Source of the DNA: Lama guanicoe
Taxonomy: Eukaryota
Length of the DNA stretch: 64,000 nt
Direction: 5' to 3'
Assembly (NCBI GenBank): GCA_013239625.1
Contig: MU054187.1
Location: forward strand, 9,381,231 to 9,445,230
A program made the position numbers and the translations under genes. Below are positions 61,896 through 64,000 of the stretch, piece by piece; position 1 is the first letter of the stretch, and every line of letters starts with the position of its first letter. A model generated the notes under the pieces. The model was not told the origin of the DNA and searched no databases. It was given only the letters and a program-made list of their open reading frames with translations.

Positions 61896-62143
61896 TCTTA
61901 GGTGAGCAAGTTTGCATTCTCTCAAAGTAATTCTAGGATCTTTTTCTACTTATGCATGCATGGCGGGGGGGTTCTACCCCCAACCCATTTCAAAATATCC
62001 TTCATACACAAAGACATTGACCTCAAATTTCAGCAAAGATCACTGAAGCTTTAAAATTCTATGATCCTAGGCATCTCTCAATGCCATATATTGGCATATT
62101 TATTTTATACATAAACAAGTTATAGGATAATAAGAAATCTTAC

Positions 62144-62291
62144 CGGAACCTGATGTGTCTGCCATTTTGCAATTCACATTCTGTTATACTAACTTTAGGC
62201 TTTGTAGAGGTTATTTCAAATAGTAACAACCGAGACTTCACCTGTTGTCGAGTTATAGCTCGAGGATATAAATCATACATACATCCTGTTC
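62144..62291 (-). other. Candidate 148-nt spliced exon of an unidentified transcript
   Basis: Acceptor tcttcttccttaattag|GA, donor CCG|gtaaga, four CpGs retained, one frame open throughout; no homolog recognised. Confidence 0.3.
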
Positions 62292-62659
62292 CTAATTAAG
62301 GAAGAAGATTGTCATATATCATTGGAGACAACATGACAGCTGTTTCTACCATGCCAGCTCTTGCATCCATCAAAATGTTGCTTAGAAATACTTGTGAGGA
62401 TAAGACAAGGTTATATATACCACCGCCCCTGAGGCTGAGGATGGTTGCCAAACACACATGGACAAGACAAAAAAAAAATTTTGCTACGTAAAATCTTTAC
62501 TCTCAAGTTATTCCAGCAGCATATATAGCAAAGAGAGGGTCTGGGATTCAAGAAGAAAATGGAAAGGGAATTCAAGTTCCAGAGTTGCTACATAGGAGAG
62601 ATTTGGGGGTAAGAATCTCACTGTTACAGAAGAAAGGCACCTGTCTGGAAGCTGTAGTC

Positions 62660-62820
62660 AGTCAGGTACCAATGATCCCACTTTTTACCTTTGTGACCAC
62701 TGATGAATCACACAGCTTCTTAGATCCTCATTTGTTTCACTGGTGAAAGGAGAATTAAAATATCAAATGGATTGGATGATTATGAGAATGACATGAAGAA
62801 ATATATGCAAATTATTTAGG
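62660..62820 (+). mobile_element. MIR SINE fragment
   Basis: tgtgaccactgatgaatcac...cctcatttgtttcactggtgaaagg...atgagaatgacatgaagaaat. Confidence 0.6.
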
Positions 62821-64000
62821 TCAAAAGTCTTTTGGAATCCCCAGTGAATGCCCATTTATTTCTGGTCCATCTGTGAGGAAGAAATTACGCCATTTGGTTG
62901 CTGTCAGGAATTGGGTTCCATTAGCTGAATTTTCACATGAAATGTATTTATTACTGTGGATCAAGGTCAAAATTCTTTGAAAACGATCTCTTTAGAGAAA
63001 AGAAGGCTCTTCAGGCTGTCACAATGATTCAGAGTTTGAAAGATGTGAGATAGGAACTAGTTAGGAAGAGTGTGAGCGCAGGAACCCCAGGGGTTGCTGA
63101 AACAAGCCTGAAGTGTCCACACTTTCTGTACTTAATCAATAGTACGTCGTGAGCCAGCCATGACACAGGCAGAGCAGATCCCAGGTACTTGAGAGATGTG
63201 GTTCCCAGGATGCTGGGGGTTAGCAGCTTCCTTCATACTCCCCAAGGGAACCGCTAGTCCCCTCTGCTGGATTTTGTTCACCTCCTGCTCTGTGGTACTC
63301 CTCACCTAGAGCCAGTTTTCTCACCTCCCTTCTGCCGTGCACACCGCCTGGGGCTGAAACCTGTTGTCGTTCCTCCCCACGTCCCCTCACTCAGAGCTCT
63401 GTGGACTGATTGCATTCCCTGGCCAGTCCCCACACGCTCTCCCCCTCACCTCCCATCCTCTGGCCCAAAATAGAACTGACTTTCCACAGTTCAACTCATA
63501 AAATCAGAACAGATGAAGCCCCTCTCCAACATGAAAACCTTTGAAAATTTGCCATCACCATAAGTTTGAATAACTTACCTTGCACGTCTTCACATGCCTG
63601 GGCTCCCAAGAGGGCTTCTCCTTGTGGGCTCCCTTGCTAAGCGGCTTGTGGGGCCGCCTTGGCATTCCGGGCTTCTGGGTGTAAGCACCCCTGTGCCACT
63701 TACACCATTCTACCCCTGCTCCTGCTATCTTGGGATATGCCTTTGCTGCTGCCAGGACAGTCACTTGCTATTGCCAGTAATTTACCAGCAATCAGCAGCA
63801 ATTAGCAGCAGCCTGACTTAACACACATTAGAAACCACTCAGCAAACTCAGAGGGAAAAACCTCTGAGAATTTCAGAGAATGGCTGACCTCTTCCCATCC
63901 TCCAGCTGCAGAGAGAAGCCGTACACCTGTTTCCCCAGACCTCTAAAGAGGCTGCCAATGTACACTTAATCTTGTAAACCCAGAAGAGGCTATGCCTTAT

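Overview
Mammalian non-coding genomic DNA, CpG-depleted and dense in interspersed repeats. The L1 3' ends resemble cetartiodactyl L1s, and I see no ruminant/whale CHR or Bov SINEs and no pig PRE-1, which suggests a camelid (inference). I recognise no protein-coding gene, RNA gene, CpG island or prokaryote-type system. The supplied ORFs are chance ORFs, L1 ORF2 remnants or N-run artefacts. Content: L1s of several ages, HAL1, L2, L3/CR1, many MIRs, MaLR/ERVL/ERV1 solo LTRs (several nested, with readable TSDs), hAT MERs and microsatellites. Seven N-runs all fall inside L1s and appear to preserve length. Best leads: (i) two short polyadenylated, TSD-flanked orphan retro-insertions (6842-7189, 55241-55528); (ii) a 74-bp high-identity tract shared by two neighbouring old L1 3' UTRs; (iii) a chain of minus-strand exon candidates (63.6, 62.2, 60.3, 53.5 kb) plus a plus-strand L1 bias, hinting at a minus-strand transcript; (iv) several candidate regulatory motifs. 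I cannot support a genuinely new biological system from the sequence alone. Repeat family names come from recalled consensus motifs and need RepeatMasker/Dfam confirmation; most boundaries are approximate.
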